The position numbers were made by a program, and so were the translations under genes. From Bacilli bacterium (GTDB taxonomy: Bacteria > Bacillota_I > Bacilli_A > RF39 > UBA660), in contig JBAMOY010000001.1 of the NCBI GenBank assembly GCA_037071015.1, positions 380,041 through 444,040 of the forward strand: DNA of 64,000 bases, read 5' to 3'. This document shows positions 27,681 to 38,274 of the stretch, piece by piece. Position 1 is the stretch's first letter. Each line of letters opens with the position of its first letter. The notes under the pieces are model-generated. The model saw nothing but the letters and a program-made list of their open reading frames with translations, had not been told where the DNA came from and searched no databases.

Positions 27681-28883
27681 ATGAGAAAGTTTTTAAAAAA
27701 TTATAAATTTCCTATTATATTATTAACATCAATCATAATAGGGAGTATAATTGGTATTATTTTTAAAGAAGATGCTAGTGTGTTAAAACCATTAGGTGAT
27801 CTATTCTTAAATATGTTATATACCATTGTTGTACCTTTAGTCTTTTTTACTATTTCTAGTAGCGTAGCTAATATGTTAAACATGAAAAGACTAGGTAAAA
27901 TTTTAAGAAAGACTTTTTTAGTGTTTGTTATTACTAGTTTTGTTGCTTCATTATTGATGCTAGTTGTTTTATTATTTATTGATCCAGTAGGTAAAGAAAA
28001 TATTATTTTAGAGGTAGGCGATAAAATAGAGAGTGTTAATATTTTTGATCAGTTAGTTAGTGCCGTTACTGTCAATGATTTTAAAGACATTATTTCTAGG
28101 GATCATATGTTACCACTTATTATCTTTTCCCTTGTATTTGGTATTTGTGTTAATTTAGTTGAAAAAGAAGACAAAAGAATTTCTAAAGGTTTAGAGATTT
28201 TATCTCAGGCTATGATGAAGATTATTAAGGCTATCATGTATTATGCACCAATTGGATTATGTGCTTATTTTGCTAATCTTATAGGTGAATTTGGTCCAGC
28301 TTTATTAGGTAGTTATGCTAAGACAACTGTTTTATATATAATTATGAGTATTATCTATTTTATTGTGGCTTATACTATATATACTTATATAGCTCGTGGT
28401 AAAAATGGTGTAAAACAATTCTATAAATTTATATTACCGTCATTAGTTACATCATTGGCAACCCAAAGTTCTTTAGCTACTTTACCAACCAATTTAGAAT
28501 CAGCATCTGATATGAATATCAAAAAAGATGTCCGTGAAGTCGTTTTACCAATTGGTAGTACAATGCATATGGAAGGTAGTAGTATGGCTGCAGTATTGAA
28601 AATTGTTTTCCTATTTAGTGTTTTCAATATGCCATTTACGGGTATTAGTACTTATTTATTAGCGCTATTGGTTGCTATCCTAAGTGGTGTTGTTATGTCA
28701 GGAATTCCTGGCGGTGGTTTAATTGGGGAGATGTTAATTGTCAGCTTATATAACTTCCCACCATCAGCTTTTCCAATCATCGCAACTATTGGGTGGATTG
28801 TTGATCCACCAGCGACAGCTTTAAATGTAGTTGGTGATATCCCAACAGCCATGTTAGTTGAAAAAGGGGTAGGAGAGTCTTAA
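27681..28883 (+). CDS. Dicarboxylate/amino acid:cation symporter (DAACS family)
   Basis: Polytopic protein with family-typical motifs (ATQSSLATLP, IGSTMHMEGSS, VVGDIPTAMLV). Confidence 0.8.
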   Translation: MRKFLKNYKFPIILLTSIIIGSIIGIIFKEDASVLKPLGDLFLNMLYTIVVPLVFFTISSSVANMLNMKRLGKILRKTFLVFVITSFVASLLMLVVLLFIDPVGKENIILEVGDKIESVNIFDQLVSAVTVNDFKDIISRDHMLPLIIFSLVFGICVNLVEKEDKRISKGLEILSQAMMKIIKAIMYYAPIGLCAYFANLIGEFGPALLGSYAKTTVLYIIMSIIYFIVAYTIYTYIARGKNGVKQFYKFILPSLVTSLATQSSLATLPTNLESASDMNIKKDVREVVLPIGSTMHMEGSSMAAVLKIVFLFSVFNMPFTGISTYLLALLVAILSGVVMSGIPGGGLIGEMLIVSLYNFPPSAFPIIATIGWIVDPPATALNVVGDIPTAMLVEKGVGES

Positions 28884-29001
28884 AAAAGACTTTCTTTTTC
28901 TTATATATAATAATCTAATATTATACTAAAAATAGCGATACTTTATAATTAATAGTGATTATAAAAAAACATAGTATTCAATTAATGAATCAACTATGTT
29001 T

Positions 29002-30138
29002 TTATTCATATTTATATCTTCTTTGAAGTTTATCTTTTTCTTTAAAATCCGCTAACATTCTTTCAAAGTCACTACTTTTACTATGAACTTTGGGATTAGT
29101 AGAATTTTCGTCATTAACTGTTGTTGACGCTTGTTCTAAATTTTCATTATTAACTGTATTTTGTATTGTTGACTGCGGATTAATATTTTGAGCTGTCTTT
29201 TTCTTTTTATGCATATTTTTATTATGAAGATTTAAAAGCCTAATTTCATTAATTTTAATAAATTTTTTGCCATCACTTATTAGCTGGCTTACAACACCAT
29301 GGGTAAAATATTCATGTTCTAAATCTAATTCAATTACGAGAGCAGATGGCAACTGTATAGTTTTATCTGTATAAATATTACTTAGTGAAGGAACAAAAAT
29401 CAAATTGTTTTTTAAGTTGTGATTAAATGATGTTGTAAATTTATGATGATGTCCTTCTAAAATAATAGAGTTTTTAAAATCCCCTAAATTATGCACTTTA
29501 TGTTCTAATTGATGGCACATAACAATTTGATCACTTTTAATATTTATTTGACCTTTACCGGAAGTAAAAGCAATTAAATCATGTCGATAATTTTCTAAAA
29601 TAGTTTTAAGATTAATACCAAAATTTTTTACGGGGTTAACATCATGATTACCTAAGCAAATAAAATTTAAAATATTTCTATCAAAGGGATATCGATTTAA
29701 TAAATACGTTAACTGATGTTCGATATCCTTATTAATTTTTTTATTGGGACCTAACCAGCCATCGACTAAATCACCAGTATTTAAAATGATATTAATATTG
29801 TTTTTTATACAATAATCATATATTTGGTTTATTAAATCTAAACGTTGTTTATCACATCCAACATGTTGATCAGATATAACGATTGCTCTAAATTTATTTT
29901 GGTCATCATTCATATTAATGGTAATTGTATTGACTGATTGATTAAAAGAATCATTAATTTTTTGATAGAGGATATTACCATCATAATAATAATTTCTAGT
30001 GATTGTATAACCATTATTTTTAAGGTTTAAAATATGTTTGTATAATTGCCTATGGCTCAAATTTAAAATGTCACATATTTCATTTAATGATTTATTTTGT
30101 GTAATTAATTCAATTAGACGCATTTCTATCTTGCTCAT
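29002..30138 (-). CDS. N-terminal HTH domain fused to a calcineurin-like metallophosphoesterase, with a low-complexity C-terminal tail
   Basis: HTH-like KSLNEICDILNLSHRQLYKHILNLKNNGY. MPE motifs SDQHVG, TGDLVDG, LGNHD and EGHHH. Divergent from addB. Confidence 0.7.
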   Translation of the reverse strand: MSKIEMRLIELITQNKSLNEICDILNLSHRQLYKHILNLKNNGYTITRNYYYDGNILYQKINDSFNQSVNTITINMNDDQNKFRAIVISDQHVGCDKQRLDLINQIYDYCIKNNINIILNTGDLVDGWLGPNKKINKDIEHQLTYLLNRYPFDRNILNFICLGNHDVNPVKNFGINLKTILENYRHDLIAFTSGKGQINIKSDQIVMCHQLEHKVHNLGDFKNSIILEGHHHKFTTSFNHNLKNNLIFVPSLSNIYTDKTIQLPSALVIELDLEHEYFTHGVVSQLISDGKKFIKINEIRLLNLHNKNMHKKKKTAQNINPQSTIQNTVNNENLEQASTTVNDENSTNPKVHSKSSDFERMLADFKEKDKLQRRYKYE

Positions 30139-30279
30139 TATTAACCTCTTTTCTCGGGGTATATGTTAACATTAAAGAAGATATTAGTCAATATGGTAAT
30201 ATTATATTTATATAGTGTAATATTACTGCTTTTATCATTAAAATTTGCTATAATAATTTTATAGAAACGATGTGGTAAG

Positions 30280-32688
30280 ATGAATATATTTGAACTTATA
30301 AACAATAATGATGATTTAGTAATAGTAACACCGCTAAATGTAAAAAAAGAATTATTAAAATACATTTCTGATCATAAATTAATTAAAAATATTAAATTTT
30401 ATTCTTTAGAAGAATTAAGAGATAATCTAGATTATAAATATCGTGATGACACTTTATATTACATAAGTAGTAAATATAATATGATTTTTGAGAATAGTAA
30501 AATTATTATGGACAATTTATACTATGTTGATTTAGATAATGAATATCAGGCTGATAAATTAAATTTTTTGAAACAGATTAAATCAGATCTTATACAAAAG
30601 GGATATATCATTTTTAATGAAATATTTAAAAGTTCTTTTAATAAACATAAAGTATATTTATATAATTACCAATCATTGGATAATTACTATCAAAAACTAT
30701 TAAAAAATAATTATACAACTATTAACGATTATAGAGACTTAACTAAAAAAATTATGGTTAGTGAGTTTAATACCATGGAAGAGGAAGTGGTTTGGTGCGC
30801 CAGTGAAATTACGAAACTTCTGAATAGCGGTGTTAATATCAATTATATTAAAATCAATACTTTAACTAGCGATTACACTAGTACAATCAAGAGAATTTTT
30901 ACTCAATTCTGCATTCCTTTAAAATTAAACAATAAACATCCGTTATGTAGTTATGATCAAAGTAAATATTTTAATGATTTATTAAAACAAGGTTTTACTT
31001 TAGAAGAAGCCCTTATAACTATTAGAGAAACTTACCAAATCAATAGTTCTAATCAGTATATTTTTAATTGTATCGTAGATTTTGTTAACACGTATAATTT
31101 ATTGAATTTAGATTGCAATACAATTTTAAAGCTGTATAAATATTATAGTGAAAATACTTATATTAACATCACAAATTATACGAATGTTGTAGAAGAGATG
31201 GATATGATGTCATCTTTTATTGATGATAATAATTATGTATTTGTTTTAGGGTTAAACCAGGACACATTGCCAGTAACGGTTAGTGATAACGATTATTTAA
31301 GTGATCAAGAAAAGGAAGAATTAAATAAGGAGACATCGCTTCAGGTTAATGAGATAAATAAAAATAATTTAATAGAAAAGTTTTTTCAAATCAAAAATAT
31401 ATTTATTAGTTATAAATTAAAATCAACCTTTAATAAATATGTACCGTCTTCCATTTTGAGTCAAATAAATATTGAAATTGTTCACCCAGAATATCATTAC
31501 ATTAATAAAAATTATAATGATTATTTATTATCTAAACATTTAGATAACTATATTAAATACAAGACTAGTAGTAAAGAATTAGAGGAATTATATTATCCAA
31601 ATAATAGATATAATACTTATGATAACAAGTATAATAAAATTAACACTAATCATCTATATGAGTATTTAGATTATAATCTTAATATATCGTATTCTTCATT
31701 GGAAACCTTTTATAAGTGTCCTTTTCGTTATTATTTAGATAATATCGTTAAAATAAACAAATACGAGCCGGATAGCATCAGCATTATTGTTGGAAATTTA
31801 GTGCATTATATTTTATCGGTAGGGTTAGATAAAAATGAAATCGAAGTTGAAAAATTAATTGATAATTATTTAAATAATTTGAAGTTAGAAGAAACTAACA
31901 AAAGTATTTTTTATCGTCTTAAATATAAAAAGGAGATATTAAAGTTAATTGCGATTATCAAGGAACAGTTAAATCGTTCTTCTTTTAATAATACTCTGTT
32001 TGAAGAAAAATTTACGATTACAAAAAATTGTGCAATCACGGTAACTATTAAAGGCTTTATTGATAAGATAATGACTTTTGAAGATAATGATAATACTTAT
32101 GTTATTGTTATTGATTATAAAACTGGTACTATTCATAACGATTTTAATTATATTATTTATGGTTTAAATATGCAGTTATTAATATATTGGTATTTGATTA
32201 AACATTCTAATAAATTTAATAATGCCAAGGTGGCTGGTATATATTGGCAAAATATTATAAAAGAGGTATTACCGGCATCGAAAGATAAAAATTATAGTTC
32301 TTTGCTTTTCGATAGTTATCGTTTGGATGGTTACACTATAGCTGATGTTGATGTTTTAAAAAATATTGATCATAATTATTTGAATGGTAGTTATTTAAAG
32401 ACGATTAAAACAAAAAAAGATAGTAGTTTTTATAGCTATTCAAAAGTTTTAACGTCCGATGAGATTGATAAATTATTAGAGTTGGTGGAAAACAATATCG
32501 ACCAAGCCATTGATAAAATATTAAAAGGTGATTTTCAAATTAAACCGGTTAGAATTGGCAGTGAGGCTATAACCGATATAACTGGTTGTCGTTATTGTAA
32601 AAATTACGATATATGTTATCGAAAGAATAGTGATATATTAAATTTGAAAGAGAATAAAGATTTGAGTTTCATTAGGAGTGATAAATAG
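30280..32688 (+). CDS. addB: Helicase-nuclease complex subunit B (AddB-type, short form without a Walker A motif)
   Basis: Immediately upstream of, and overlapping, addA. C-terminal PD-(D/E)XK region (VIDYKTG) bracketed by Cys residues (YKCPFRYY ... GCRYCKNYDIC), as in Fe-S AddB. No GxGKT motif seen. Confidence 0.75.
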   Translation: MNIFELINNNDDLVIVTPLNVKKELLKYISDHKLIKNIKFYSLEELRDNLDYKYRDDTLYYISSKYNMIFENSKIIMDNLYYVDLDNEYQADKLNFLKQIKSDLIQKGYIIFNEIFKSSFNKHKVYLYNYQSLDNYYQKLLKNNYTTINDYRDLTKKIMVSEFNTMEEEVVWCASEITKLLNSGVNINYIKINTLTSDYTSTIKRIFTQFCIPLKLNNKHPLCSYDQSKYFNDLLKQGFTLEEALITIRETYQINSSNQYIFNCIVDFVNTYNLLNLDCNTILKLYKYYSENTYINITNYTNVVEEMDMMSSFIDDNNYVFVLGLNQDTLPVTVSDNDYLSDQEKEELNKETSLQVNEINKNNLIEKFFQIKNIFISYKLKSTFNKYVPSSILSQINIEIVHPEYHYINKNYNDYLLSKHLDNYIKYKTSSKELEELYYPNNRYNTYDNKYNKINTNHLYEYLDYNLNISYSSLETFYKCPFRYYLDNIVKINKYEPDSISIIVGNLVHYILSVGLDKNEIEVEKLIDNYLNNLKLEETNKSIFYRLKYKKEILKLIAIIKEQLNRSSFNNTLFEEKFTITKNCAITVTIKGFIDKIMTFEDNDNTYVIVIDYKTGTIHNDFNYIIYGLNMQLLIYWYLIKHSNKFNNAKVAGIYWQNIIKEVLPASKDKNYSSLLFDSYRLDGYTIADVDVLKNIDHNYLNGSYLKTIKTKKDSSFYSYSKVLTSDEIDKLLELVENNIDQAIDKILKGDFQIKPVRIGSEAITDITGCRYCKNYDICYRKNSDILNLKENKDLSFIRSDK

Positions 32689-35600
32689 TGATACCGATTA
32701 AACCTAAAGATGTCATTTGGACAGATGAACAGTGGCAAGCCATATATGAAAATAACTGCAACATCATTGTCAGTGCTGGCGCTGGTAGTGGCAAAACAGC
32801 TGTTTTAACAGAACGTATTATTGAGAAATTAAAAAGTGGTATTAGTTTAAATAATTTGATTATATTAACTTTTACTAATGCAGCAGCCTTCGAAATGAAA
32901 GAACGTGTCCGTAAGAAAATAATGAAAGAGGTTGAAAATGGTCATTGTCATTTAGAAAAAGAATTGCTAAAATTACCAAATGCAGTTATAACTACATTTG
33001 ATAGCTTTAGCCTAAGCTTAGTAAAAAAATATCACTATTTATTAAATATTCCCAAAAATATTAACATTGTTGATAGCGTTGTAATTAACAGTCAAAAAAG
33101 AAAGTTGATGGAAGAAGTATTTCGAGAGATGTATGATGAAAAAAATACCGATTTCTTAGATTTGATTGATACCTTTACTGTTAAAGACGACGCTAAAATG
33201 CAGGCAAGTATTATTTCTATTGATAACAAATTAAATAATTTGATTAATGTTGATCAATTTTTAGAAGAATATTACGCCCATTATTTTGAAGAATCTTTTA
33301 TTGATCAGCAAATTAACAATTATCTTTTAATTATGCGTGATTATTGTGACAACATTACCATTTCTTTAAAAAAATTAGACACGTTAACACATAATTCTCT
33401 ACTAGAGGAATGGTTTGCTAAATTGCTTAATAGTTTAAGTGGTATACAAAAATGTACTATTTATAATGATTATAAAATATTATCTATAATTAAATTACCG
33501 ACAATACCAAGTAACAAAGAGCTAGATGAAGATTATCTTAACCGTGTTAAAAAAGAATACAATGATTTGAAAGCTAATTTTACCTTGCTCAATAGTTTAT
33601 GTTCATATAATGATATTACTGATATCAAAGAGGAAATATATGCTACCAAGCGCTATATTAAAGTTATTATCGAATTAATTAGACGTTACCGTCTTAAAGT
33701 CTATTCTTTTAAGCAAAATCTTAATAGTTATGAGTTTCATGATATTGCTTTGATGGCTATTAGATTGATGGAAGAAAACGCAAATATAGCTAATGAGTAT
33801 AAAGCGACTGTCAATGAAATTATGATAGATGAATATCAAGATACCAATGATATTCAAGATTACTTTATAAGTTTGATTGCCAATAATAATGTTTACATGG
33901 TTGGAGATGTTAAACAGTCGATTTATGGTTTTAGAAATGCCAATCCACTTATTTTTATGCATAAATATAATAACTATAAAAATAATGTTGATGGTAAAGC
34001 CATTGATCTTAATAAAAACTTTCGTTCACGTTTAGAAGTGATTGAAGCGATAAATAATATTTTTTCTAAAATTATGGATCAAACATTAGGAGGAGCCGAC
34101 TATGTTAACCAACATCAAATGATCTTTGGCAATTTAACATATGAGACGAAAGGTAATAGTAAACAAAACAACAATTTAGAAATTTTGAATTATGAATATT
34201 TAGATAAAAAATATAAAAAAGATGAAATTGAAGCTTTTATAATTGCTCGTGATATTAATAATAAAATTAAAAGTAATTATCAAATTTTTGATGGTCAATT
34301 AAGGAATGTTAAGTATAGTGATTTTTGTATTTTAATGGACCGTAAATCTTCATTTGAACTTTATCGTAAAATATTTACATATTTAAATATCCCGGTGAAA
34401 GTTCACAGTGAAGTAAGTTTGAGCCTGTCGAATGAAATTTATGTTATTAGAAGTATTTTACGACTTGTGTTAGCCCTTGATGATAAGGATATTTACCATC
34501 AATACTTTGAACATAGTTTTATTAGTTTAGCGCGTTCTTTCTTGTATGATTATTCTGATGATGAAATATTTAATATTTTTACTGAAGCTAAAAAACAAAA
34601 TCAAGATATCATAACAATATTAGGTAAGACTGATCAAAAGAGATTAATTGATCAAATTATTGATATTAAAAATTATTGCTCTAATCATAGTTTAGTTGAG
34701 TTAATCGATTATATATATGATCAATTTGATATTTATAATCGCCTAAATTTATTGAACGATGTGGAAGGGCGAACGATAAAATTAGAGTATTTTCGTGACG
34801 TAGTCAGTAATTTAGAATTGATTGGCTATACATTAAATGATTTATGTAATTATTTAGATGCAGCTATTGATGATAACATGGATATCACATTTAATATGAA
34901 TGAGAATGATGTTGATGCTGTCAATATTATGACTATTCATAAATCCAAAGGCCTTGAGTATCCTATTTGTTATTATGCGGGTTTAAGCAAAAAATTTAAT
35001 AAAGATGATTTAAAGGATAAATATACTTTTGATTCTGATTTAGGTATAATTGTTCCTATATTCAAAGATGGAATTAAAGAAACCATTTATAAAGATATTA
35101 TCAAGTACAATTATCAAAAAAAAGATATATCAGAAAGATTAAGAGTCCTGTATGTTGCTTTAACTAGAGCAAAAGAAAAATTGATCGTTGTTGCTGATTT
35201 GACTTTAGAAGAGGAAAATTTATTTAATAATGTTGTTATTGACAGTGTTAGATTAAAATACAAAAGTTTTAAGGATGTATTTTTGTCGCTGCCTAGAACT
35301 TTAAAACCATATATTAAAGATATTAATTTAGATCAAGTTTCTTTATCTAAAGATTATGAAATCGAACCTGATATCAATTTATCTATCGATATGAATAAGC
35401 ATAAGGATTATAAAAACTTTACTATCGCTATTAATAAGAGTGAACTAATTAGTGAGCATTATTCTATTAGTCCGGTTGTTATTGATAAAACAACTAAAGA
35501 AAATTTAAATTTAGGTTTGCGCTTCCACGAGATTCTAGAACATCTTGATTTTAAAAATTTTGACAGTAGTTTAGCAACTATGAAAGTTGAAAATAGGTTA

Positions 35601-35909
35601 AAAGTTATTATTGATAAATTAATGACAATGCCATTTATGAAAGATATTAGTAGTAGTGAGTTATATCATGAGTATGAATTTATATACAATAATAGTAATG
35701 GTTATAGTCATGGTATTATAGATTTAATGATTGTTCACCCAGATAAAATTACAGTTGTCGATTATAAAACAAAAGAGATTGATAAAGAACAATATTACAG
35801 ACAAGTAAAAGGATATATGGAATATATAGAAAGTATTACCGACAGACCAGTAGAAGGTTATTTATATTCAATTATGGATGGTATATATCTTAAAGTGGAT
35901 AATAAATAA
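32688..35909 (+). CDS. addA: ATP-dependent helicase/nuclease subunit A
   Basis: UvrD-type motifs (SAGAGSGKT, IDEYQDTN, KNFRS, MTIHKSKGLE, LYVALTRAKEKL) and a C-terminal nuclease motif (GIIDLMIV...VVDYKT). Confidence 0.92.
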   Translation: MIPIKPKDVIWTDEQWQAIYENNCNIIVSAGAGSGKTAVLTERIIEKLKSGISLNNLIILTFTNAAAFEMKERVRKKIMKEVENGHCHLEKELLKLPNAVITTFDSFSLSLVKKYHYLLNIPKNINIVDSVVINSQKRKLMEEVFREMYDEKNTDFLDLIDTFTVKDDAKMQASIISIDNKLNNLINVDQFLEEYYAHYFEESFIDQQINNYLLIMRDYCDNITISLKKLDTLTHNSLLEEWFAKLLNSLSGIQKCTIYNDYKILSIIKLPTIPSNKELDEDYLNRVKKEYNDLKANFTLLNSLCSYNDITDIKEEIYATKRYIKVIIELIRRYRLKVYSFKQNLNSYEFHDIALMAIRLMEENANIANEYKATVNEIMIDEYQDTNDIQDYFISLIANNNVYMVGDVKQSIYGFRNANPLIFMHKYNNYKNNVDGKAIDLNKNFRSRLEVIEAINNIFSKIMDQTLGGADYVNQHQMIFGNLTYETKGNSKQNNNLEILNYEYLDKKYKKDEIEAFIIARDINNKIKSNYQIFDGQLRNVKYSDFCILMDRKSSFELYRKIFTYLNIPVKVHSEVSLSLSNEIYVIRSILRLVLALDDKDIYHQYFEHSFISLARSFLYDYSDDEIFNIFTEAKKQNQDIITILGKTDQKRLIDQIIDIKNYCSNHSLVELIDYIYDQFDIYNRLNLLNDVEGRTIKLEYFRDVVSNLELIGYTLNDLCNYLDAAIDDNMDITFNMNENDVDAVNIMTIHKSKGLEYPICYYAGLSKKFNKDDLKDKYTFDSDLGIIVPIFKDGIKETIYKDIIKYNYQKKDISERLRVLYVALTRAKEKLIVVADLTLEEENLFNNVVIDSVRLKYKSFKDVFLSLPRTLKPYIKDINLDQVSLSKDYEIEPDINLSIDMNKHKDYKNFTIAINKSELISEHYSISPVVIDKTTKENLNLGLRFHEILEHLDFKNFDSSLATMKVENRLKVIIDKLMTMPFMKDISSSELYHEYEFIYNNSNGYSHGIIDLMIVHPDKITVVDYKTKEIDKEQYYRQVKGYMEYIESITDRPVEGYLYSIMDGIYLKVDNK

Positions 35910-35934
35910 AAAAGAGACTAAAGAAGTGATTTGA

Positions 35935-35972
35935 AAAAATCTACACAAAACAAAAAAAGTGTAGATTTTTTG
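35935..35972 (+). terminator. Rho-independent terminator after addA
   Basis: 12-bp stem AAAAATCTACAC/GTGTAGATTTTT followed by T. Confidence 0.7.
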
Positions 35973-36040
35973 TATGTTAAAATTAATGTAGGGAGAATAT
36001 ATGCCAGGACAATATAGAACTTTTACGTCAGTAATAACAA

Positions 36041-36075
36041 TAAAAAGACACTTAATTTATAAAAATTAAGTGTCT
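36041..36075 (-). terminator. Rho-independent terminator after glmS
   Basis: 13-bp stem AGACACTTAATTT/AAATTAAGTGTCT, followed on the minus strand by TTTTTA. Confidence 0.7.
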
Positions 36076-36119
36076 AAACTAATTAAAAATAGGGTAAATA
36101 TTTAATAAATTAAATATCT

Positions 36120-37910
36120 TTATTCAACGGTTACAGATTTTGCTAAATTCTTTGGTTTATCGATATCACACCCTCTTAATTTTGCTGTTTCATAAGCTAT
36201 CATCTGTAACGGCAAAACAGTTAAAAGAGGTTGTAAAAATTCATTTATTTTTGGAATCTTAATAACGAAATCAAATAGCTCATTATCAATATTATCGTTA
36301 GTAATAATAATTGTTTTAGCGCCTCTAGCTTTTACTTCTTTGATATTACTTATCGTTTTGGCTTTGACATTATCATCAGTAATAATACCCACGACTGGGG
36401 TACCATCTTCAATTAGAGATATTGTGCCATGTTTTAGTTCACCGGCTGCATAAGCTTCGCTGTGAATGTAAGATATTTCTTTTATTTTTAACGATCCTTC
36501 CATAGCTAGTGCATAATCAACTAGGCGTCCGATGAAAAACATTGATTCTTTCTCATAAATTTGCATGGCTATTTTATGATAATCGCGATTGATAATTTGT
36601 TCCATTAAGTTTGGTAATTCGCGAATATTTTCTCTGATTTCTTTTTTGGTATTGGTGTCGATATTTTCTTTCGCTAAGTTTAGGGCAAGCAATGATAGCA
36701 TAGCTACTTGAGCCGAATAAGCTTTGGTTGTTGCCACTGCAATTTCTGGTCCTGCTTTAGTGTATAAAACTAGATTCGACTCGCGGTCAATAGTACTGTT
36801 GACAACATTGACAATTGATAAGGTATCGACATTATTTTCTTTAGCTAACCTTAAACAAGCTAAAGTGTCAGCAGTTTCGCCAGATTGAGATACTAAAATC
36901 ACAAGTTTATGATCTTTATTTAACATTTTTTTATATCGATATTCACTTGCTACATCGACATTAACTGGGATTTCAGCATAATTTTCAATCAAAGTTTTAG
37001 CAATCAATCCGGTATGATAAGCGCTACCACAAGCCACGATATCGATAGACTCATAATTTTGTAAGGATGGAATTTTAGTAATTAATTTATCAAGATCATC
37101 ATTTAAATATTCACCAAGAGTATTTTTAATTGCTGTTGGTTGTTCGTGTATTTCTTTTAACATATAATGATCATAACCATTTTTAGTCATTTGTTCATAG
37201 GGAATGTTACATTCATTAATCTTCCGTTTAACAAGATTTAAATTTTGATCATATAGTGTAATTTTATTAGGCTCAATAATACCAATATCATTTTCTTCTA
37301 GCAAAATATATTTATTGGTTTTATCTAGGAAAGCTGGTATGTCAGAGGCGATAAAATTTTCTTGTTTGCCAATACCGATAACTAGGGGACTGTCTTTTCT
37401 CGTACAGTATAGTTTATTATCTCCTTTTACAAGAATCCCTAAAGCATAACTACCTTTAAACAGTTTCTGACACTGATGGATAGTTTTCACAATATCATGA
37501 TTTTGCTGGTAAAGATGATTAATCATCGCACAAGCAATCTCTGTATCAGTATCAGACTTAAAATTATATCCTTTGTCGATTAAAAATAGTTTTAATTCCT
37601 CATAATTTTCGATAATGCCATTATGAACAATAGTAATATCACCACATTGATGTGGATGAGCATTATTTTCATTAGGACATCCGTGTGTTGCCCAACGTGT
37701 ATGTGCAATCCCTAAAGTTGAATTATTTTGGCAATTAACACTTTTTTCTAAATTAGTAATTTTTCCCGTTCTTTTAATGATATTTAGTTGTTGATTTTCT
37801 AAATAAGCAATACCGGCCGAATCATAGCCTCGGTATTCCAGACGTTTTAAACCGTCAATTAAAATAGGTAATGATTTATTATTACCATTGTATCCAATTA
37901 TTCCACACAT
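36120..37910 (-). CDS. glmS: Glutamine--fructose-6-phosphate aminotransferase
   Basis: MCGIIGY N-terminus, two SIS domains and the C-terminal ...LAKSVTVE. Confidence 0.95.
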   Translation of the reverse strand: MCGIIGYNGNNKSLPILIDGLKRLEYRGYDSAGIAYLENQQLNIIKRTGKITNLEKSVNCQNNSTLGIAHTRWATHGCPNENNAHPHQCGDITIVHNGIIENYEELKLFLIDKGYNFKSDTDTEIACAMINHLYQQNHDIVKTIHQCQKLFKGSYALGILVKGDNKLYCTRKDSPLVIGIGKQENFIASDIPAFLDKTNKYILLEENDIGIIEPNKITLYDQNLNLVKRKINECNIPYEQMTKNGYDHYMLKEIHEQPTAIKNTLGEYLNDDLDKLITKIPSLQNYESIDIVACGSAYHTGLIAKTLIENYAEIPVNVDVASEYRYKKMLNKDHKLVILVSQSGETADTLACLRLAKENNVDTLSIVNVVNSTIDRESNLVLYTKAGPEIAVATTKAYSAQVAMLSLLALNLAKENIDTNTKKEIRENIRELPNLMEQIINRDYHKIAMQIYEKESMFFIGRLVDYALAMEGSLKIKEISYIHSEAYAAGELKHGTISLIEDGTPVVGIITDDNVKAKTISNIKEVKARGAKTIIITNDNIDNELFDFVIKIPKINEFLQPLLTVLPLQMIAYETAKLRGCDIDKPKNLAKSVTVE

Positions 37911-37939
37911 ATTTTTCTCCTTTTTTGTACAATAAAAAA

Positions 37940-38085
37940 TATGTGTTGATATAATCTTTGTTATAATTTTGATTTTATTTTTTCAATTATATCTAACGTA
38001 TACACTAAATCCGTAACAGTATCCGCCGAATCTTTCGATAACTGTTATCCTCGTCACCCATGTAGGGCCTGGCGCTAAATTATGC
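37940..38085 (-). ncRNA. glmS ribozyme (GlcN6P-dependent self-cleaving leader)
   Basis: The minus strand reads A|GCGCCAGGCCCUACAUGGGUGACGAGGAUAACAGUUAUCGAAAGAUUCGGCGGAUACUGUUACGG, matching the conserved core (AGCGCCAG, GACGAGGA, UAUCGAA, UUCGGCGGAU). The likely cleavage site is near 38075/38076. The 3' boundary is approximate. Confidence 0.85.
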
Positions 38086-38119
38086 AACCTGTCCTTTCTA
38101 TAGCATAATCTTTATTGTT

Positions 38120-38148
38120 ATTATATTCTAAAACTTTATTTTTGACAA
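38120..38148 (-). promoter_or_regulatory. Sigma-A-type promoter of the glmS leader
   Basis: On the minus strand: TTGTCA, a 17-nt spacer and TATAAT. Confidence 0.65.
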
Positions 38149-38274
38149 TATTTTAATAATTAGAAGTGTAAAGTTATGATAAAATATTAGTAATAAAAAT
38201 TACAGATGGTAGATTGTATATTAAATCTTGTCATCGAATATAATTATGATATAATGATATAAAGGTGTGATTAG

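Noticed and set aside
30141-30365. 74-aa minus-strand ORF spanning the addB/MPE intergenic region
   Set aside because: It overlaps the addB start and the divergent promoter region. The sequence is low-complexity and lacks an RBS.
36001-36069. 22-codon ORF (MPGQYRTFTSVITIKRHLIYKN) with a GGGAGA RBS between the addA and glmS terminators
   Set aside because: Its 3' half is the glmS terminator hairpin itself. No support beyond the RBS-like sequence.
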